Shown here: positions 60,203 through 64,000 of the stretch, piece by piece
Layout: each line of letters opens with the position of its first letter
Position numbering within the stretch: the stretch's first letter is position 1
From: Alphaproteobacteria bacterium
GTDB lineage: Bacteria > Pseudomonadota > Alphaproteobacteria > CADEGL01
Reading direction: 5' to 3'
Length of the DNA: 64,000 nt
Assembly: GCA_026400755.1 (NCBI GenBank)
Contig: JAPLOM010000011.1
Location: forward strand, 135,501 to 199,500
Made by a program: the position numbers and the translations under genes
Notes under the pieces: generated by a model
What the model was told of the DNA's origin: nothing
Databases searched by the model: none
What the model saw: only the letters and a program-made list of their open reading frames with translations

Positions 60203-61353
60203 GCCACCGGCGCTTTCCCGGCGAGCCAGCCGGCCAGCAGCCGGGCGCTTTCCCGCGCACCATCCCGCTTCAGCGCAATCTCCACGACCGGCGCGGCGAG
60301 GGCGCGGTCGATCGCCGCGGCGAGGGTGGATGGTGTCAGCGCATTCTCCGCGACCAGCTCGGCGCGTCCGCGTGCGCGCAACAGATCCGCGCGCAAGGGC
60401 TGTTCGGTCTGTCCGTTTCCGGCGAAGGGGGCCAGCACGGCGGGGATGCGGGCGGCGAGAATCTCCATCACCGTATTATATCCGGCCTGCGAGACCGAGA
60501 GGCGGCCATTGGCCAAGAGGCGGCGAAAATCCGTGCGTGCGCGCTCGACGATGACGCCTTGCGGTGCCGTTGCCTGCAGACGCGCGAAATCACCCCCCGG
60601 CAATTCGCCTCCAGCGAGAAGACGCCAAACTTTATCCTTCGCCGTCGTCAAAGGACGCGCGGCGATGGCGGTGGCCAGCAACGCCGCACCCACCGCGCCT
60701 CCGCCCGAGGAGACGATCACCTCGTCCCAGCCGGGATCGCCCACGGCGCCGCGGGCCTCGGCGGGCTCGGCGATATAGCCGGTGTAGGCGATCTTGGCCG
60801 CCAGCGTGGCGTCGAGTGGAAAGCTCGCGTCGAGGGCGACGAAAGCCGGATCGCCATGGACCAGCACATGATCGAAGCGCCGCGCGATGGCGGCCATCTG
60901 ATCCGAAACCATGCCGGACTTCGCCTGCAGGATGTCGCGCACGGAGGAGACGATGAAAGGCTGTGGACGCGCGGCCAAAGCGGTATCGAGAAGCGGCGTC
61001 AGCTCGAATGCCATCTGCCGCCGCCCGAATGGATAGGTTTCCGTCACCAGCGCGTCGGGTTTGAATTTTGCGAACGCCGTCAGCAGTGCATCGCGCCGCG
61101 CCACGCGCCATGCATCGTCCACGTCCGCGCCACGATCGTCGATCAGGCCGGAAAAATTTTCGTCGCGCGCGGCGGCGGATGGAAGCTGCAGGAGCGATGC
61201 ATGGCCGAAATCCAGATCGGCGATGGGCCGCCCGCCGGAGACCAGGAGCGTGTCCATGCCCGATGTTTCACAGGCGCGTGCGAGCGCCGCGGCGCGGCGC
61301 AGATGGCCGCTGCCGAGCAGGTGCTGGACATAGATCAGGACGCGCTGGGTCAC
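60199..61353 (-). CDS. GT-B fold glycosyltransferase (GT1/GT28 MurG-like)
   Basis: An N-terminal glycine-rich loop (LLGSGHLRR) and a C-terminal nucleotide-sugar binding half; 384 aa. Confidence 0.6.
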   Translation of the reverse strand: MTQRVLIYVQHLLGSGHLRRAAALARACETSGMDTLLVSGGRPIADLDFGHASLLQLPSAAARDENFSGLIDDRGADVDDAWRVARRDALLTAFAKFKPDALVTETYPFGRRQMAFELTPLLDTALAARPQPFIVSSVRDILQAKSGMVSDQMAAIARRFDHVLVHGDPAFVALDASFPLDATLAAKIAYTGYIAEPAEARGAVGDPGWDEVIVSSGGGAVGAALLATAIAARPLTTAKDKVWRLLAGGELPGGDFARLQATAPQGVIVERARTDFRRLLANGRLSVSQAGYNTVMEILAARIPAVLAPFAGNGQTEQPLRADLLRARGRAELVAENALTPSTLAAAIDRALAAPVVEIALKRDGARESARLLAGWLAGKAPVA

Positions 61354-61937
61354 GGCGCGAGCGGGATGTTGAGGCGCGCGGGGCGGATGGCCCCGTCAAC
61401 ATCGAGCGCGAATTCATGCGCGCATGACCAGTCGAGATCGGCCGGCGGCTTGCCGGTCAGGTCCCAGCCGGTCGCCAGCGCCAGCGCGGCGCGGATGACG
61501 CCCTTGTGGCTGACGGCGACCGTATCCTGGCCGGTGCGTGCGCGCTCGGCAAAGAACGAAGCGATGCGCGCGCAGACATCGCGCGGGCTCTCTCCGCCAA
61601 CGGCGCGGAAATCGAGGCCTTTGGCCTCGTTCTCCACCATGGCGTCGCCATAGCGCGCGCGCAGATTCTCCAGCGTCTCGCCCTCCCATTCGCCCCAATG
61701 CATCTCGGCGATGCGCGGCTCCAGCGCGGGCGCGCGTCCTGCCAGGATCTCGGCCGTCTCCCGCGCACGCGCAAGCGGGCTTGCGATCCAATGGTGGGCA
61801 AGGAATTCCGCCGGCGCGCGCCAACTCTTCACCCGCGCGCGCCCGGCTTCGGACAAGGGAATGTCGGTATGCCCCTGGACGCGGCCGATCTCGTTCCACT
61901 CGGTCGGTCCGTGGCGGATGAGGACGAGCGCGGTCAT
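61350..61937 (-). CDS. histidine phosphatase (phosphoglycerate-mutase-like) family protein
   Basis: MTALVLIRHGPTEWN... (RHG motif); 195 aa. 4-bp overlaps on both sides. Confidence 0.75.
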   Translation of the reverse strand: MTALVLIRHGPTEWNEIGRVQGHTDIPLSEAGRARVKSWRAPAEFLAHHWIASPLARARETAEILAGRAPALEPRIAEMHWGEWEGETLENLRARYGDAMVENEAKGLDFRAVGGESPRDVCARIASFFAERARTGQDTVAVSHKGVIRAALALATGWDLTGKPPADLDWSCAHEFALDVDGAIRPARLNIPLAP

Positions 61938-63085
61938 GCCGCGCCTCGCGTGACACGCGCGAGGATGGCGCCGAGTGCGCGCGCGGCGCCGTCGATGCTG
62001 TGATCTGCCATCACGCGCCGCATCGCATTCGCGCCCATATGGCGGCGAAGATTTTCGTCGTCGAGCATCCGCGCGACCGCGCGCGCGAATTCCGCCGTGT
62101 CGCCGGGCGCGGTCAACACGCCGGTCTCGCCATCATGGACGATGCCGGGCACGCCGCCCTCCGCGCCGGCGACCACGGGGCAATCGCTGGCCTGCGCCTC
62201 CAGAAATGCCATGCCAAAAGCCTCGCGCACGGCAGGCCAAACATAAAGGTCAGCGGCGGCGTAGAAACCCGGCAGCGCCGCCTCGTCGAGACGCCCGGCG
62301 AAACGCACGCGATCGTGGCCCAAGGTGGACAGAACAGCCTCGACCTCTGGACGCGCGGGCCCATCGCCCGCGACCACGAGCTGCCAAGGCCGATCGTTCA
62401 CGCGCCGCAGCGCGTCTGCCAGCAACTTATAAGAGCGCAGCTTGTCGCCCGGGCGCATCATGGCGACAGTGGCCAGCCAGGGCCGCGCGGGGTCCAATCC
62501 ATGATCGCGCGCAAGCGCCGCGCGATGGCCCGCACGGGCGGCCTGCGCAGCGGCGAACGGCGCTGGATCGAGGAATGGTGCCAGGCGATGCAACCGTGAA
62601 TCGTCGGTGACCCACGGGCGCAAGCCGCCTTCGTCGGCTTCGTTGAGCGAGATGATCGCATCGGCGCGGGCAACGGCCTTGATCGCGGCCTCGTGCCCCA
62701 TACGCCATGATCCGTTGGCCTGCTTGTTGGCGACGGAGGCTTCGGCGATCACGTAGGGGATGTTCAGCGCATCGGCCACAGCTGGTCCCAACCAATCAGG
62801 CGCCTTGTGATAGAGGTGATAGGTGAACCAAGCCTGAGGCCGCGCCTCGGGCGGGGCCGCGCGGTAGCGGCGCACCAGCCGCGTGGCCATGCGCGCGCCG
62901 ATCTCGCGAATGCGCGCTTGGCGCGCTGCGTCGCCTGCGCCGTTCCAAGTGCGTAAACGGGACGCCAATTCCACGCTGTGCCCGCCGCGCGTTAGCGCCG
63001 CCATCAGCAGCCGCGCCACCAGCCGGTCGCCCGAGGGCACTGGATGATCGGGCGGCTTCAGCGGCGCGTGGAAGGCGATGCGCAT
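61934..63085 (-). CDS. GT4 family glycosyltransferase
   Basis: An internal ATG (MRIAFHAPLKPPDHPVPSGDR...) and the C-terminal GT4 E-x7-E region (EAFGMAFLEAQASDCPVV). Confidence 0.75.
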   Translation of the reverse strand: MRIAFHAPLKPPDHPVPSGDRLVARLLMAALTRGGHSVELASRLRTWNGAGDAARQARIREIGARMATRLVRRYRAAPPEARPQAWFTYHLYHKAPDWLGPAVADALNIPYVIAEASVANKQANGSWRMGHEAAIKAVARADAIISLNEADEGGLRPWVTDDSRLHRLAPFLDPAPFAAAQAARAGHRAALARDHGLDPARPWLATVAMMRPGDKLRSYKLLADALRRVNDRPWQLVVAGDGPARPEVEAVLSTLGHDRVRFAGRLDEAALPGFYAAADLYVWPAVREAFGMAFLEAQASDCPVVAGAEGGVPGIVHDGETGVLTAPGDTAEFARAVARMLDDENLRRHMGANAMRRVMADHSIDGAARALGAILARVTRGAA

Positions 63086-64000
63086 GACATACCGAATTTC
63101 GCGGCCAGCACGTCGATGCCGACGGCGTGGGAGAATTTCTCGATGACGCGCGCCTGTCCCGCCGCGCCCAGGCGCGCGCGCGCGTCCGGGTCGGCCAACA
63201 GGGTTTCGATCGCGCGGGCGAGAGCGGACGGATCGTGCGGCGGCACCAGCACGCCGGTCTCGCGATCCAGGATCAGCTCCGGAATCCCCGACACGTCGGT
63301 CGAGATGCAGGCCACGCCTTGGCTTTGCGCTTCCATCAAGACGTTGGGCAGTCCGTCGCGGTCGCCGTCGCCGGCCACGCGCGAAGGCAGCACGAACAGA
63401 TCGGCTTCGCGGTAGAGCCGCAGCACCTCGTCCTGCGGCAGGGCGCCGCGCCATTCGATGTGCGCTGCGATGCCGCTCTGCGTCGCCTGGCGCTTGAGCG
63501 CGGGCAACAGCGGGCCGCCACCGACATGGATAAAGCGCCAGCCGAGCGCAGGCGGCAGGGCGGCCAGCGCCGCCAGAAGATCGTCGAAGCCTTTCTTCTC
63601 CACCGCGCGCCCAACCGACAGGATCATGGGTGTCGCCGTCGCGCGCGGCGTCGTGGCGGATGCAAAGCGCGCGAGGTCGAGGCCGTGATAGACCAGCTCG
63701 ACCTTCTCGTGCGACGGCGCCAGCGCGGCCAGATGGGCGCGGCCCGCGTCGGTGCAGGTCACCAGCCACGCCATGGCGGCCAGCTTCTCGCGCTTCTCCC
63801 ACTCCGGCGTGGTCCAAATGTCCTTGGCGTGGGCCGAGCAGGTCCAGGGCAGGCCCGTCAGGATCGCGGCATAGCGCGCGACCGAAGCGGGCGTGTGCAG
63901 GAAATGGGCATGCAGCGCGCCGATCTCCTGGGGCAGCTCGTGGGCCAGCACCAACGCCTGGCCGAAGCGGCGGATGCGGTTGGGCGTCGGATCGCGGCGC
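63058..64000 (-). CDS. GT4 family glycosyltransferase, partial (5' end beyond the window)
   Basis: The ORF continues past position 64000. The C-terminal GT4 motif is ...GLPNVLMEAQSQGVACISTDVSGIPE. Confidence 0.7.
   Translation of the reverse strand, partial: RRDPTPNRIRRFGQALVLAHELPQEIGALHAHFLHTPASVARYAAILTGLPWTCSAHAKDIWTTPEWEKREKLAAMAWLVTCTDAGRAHLAALAPSHEKVELVYHGLDLARFASATTPRATATPMILSVGRAVEKKGFDDLLAALAALPPALGWRFIHVGGGPLLPALKRQATQSGIAAHIEWRGALPQDEVLRLYREADLFVLPSRVAGDGDRDGLPNVLMEAQSQGVACISTDVSGIPELILDRETGVLVPPHDPSALARAIETLLADPDARARLGAAGQARVIEKFSHAVGIDVLAAKFGMSCASPSTRR

Noticed and set aside
1-64000. Search for CRISPR arrays, IS elements or transposases, integrases, rRNA and tRNA genes.
   Set aside because: No direct-repeat/spacer periodicity was seen. 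No DDE/HUH transposase or tyrosine-recombinase-like ORF was found. No rRNA-like conserved stretches were found. All intergenic regions are too short or lack cloverleaf features.

Overview
This 64-kb window is high-GC (roughly 65-68 %) and densely coding. About 75 CDS are supported; intergenic space is small and there are many 4-bp ATGA start/stop overlaps. No rRNA, tRNA, CRISPR array, transposase or integrase is visible. Gene content and order point to the origin-proximal region of an alphaproteobacterial chromosome. The window holds a glutathione synthetase tail, flavin reductase, comM, a glutathione S-transferase, a divergent oxyR-ahpCD unit, and a his operon (hisB-DUF2628-hisH-GNAT-hisA-hisF-hisE-HIT). 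It continues with hslVU, an XRE/Smr pair, lutABC, a frameshifted mltA, a Tim44-like gene, secB, and the dnaQ-coaE-aroE-maf-DUF299 block. Next come hemE-hemH-hemJ, rho, qor, ogt, mnmE-mnmG-rsmG-parA-parB, holA-lptE-leuS, cysNC, yggS and a disrupted response regulator. The last ~11 kb is a translationally coupled minus-strand operon joining two GT4 glycosyltransferases, a histidine phosphatase, a GT-B transferase, a CE4 deacetylase and a two-TM protein to a YejFABE-type ABC importer. The most notable observations are five. (1) The 376-bp DUF299/hemE divergent gap looks like the chromosomal replication origin, with DnaA-box-like 9-mers and a TTAA-N7-TTAA motif, and no dnaA lies in the window. (2) Two perfect and one near-perfect parS palindromes flank mnmG next to parAB. 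(3) The glycosyltransferase-phosphatase-deacetylase-ABC importer operon is of unknown function. (4) A ~750-bp lower-GC islet directly downstream of oxyR carries an orphan two-TM ORF. (5) mltA and the OmpR-type response regulator each appear frame-disrupted. All functional calls come from reading the translated ORFs by eye. No database search was run, and hand-derived starts and motif coordinates may be off by 1-3 bp.
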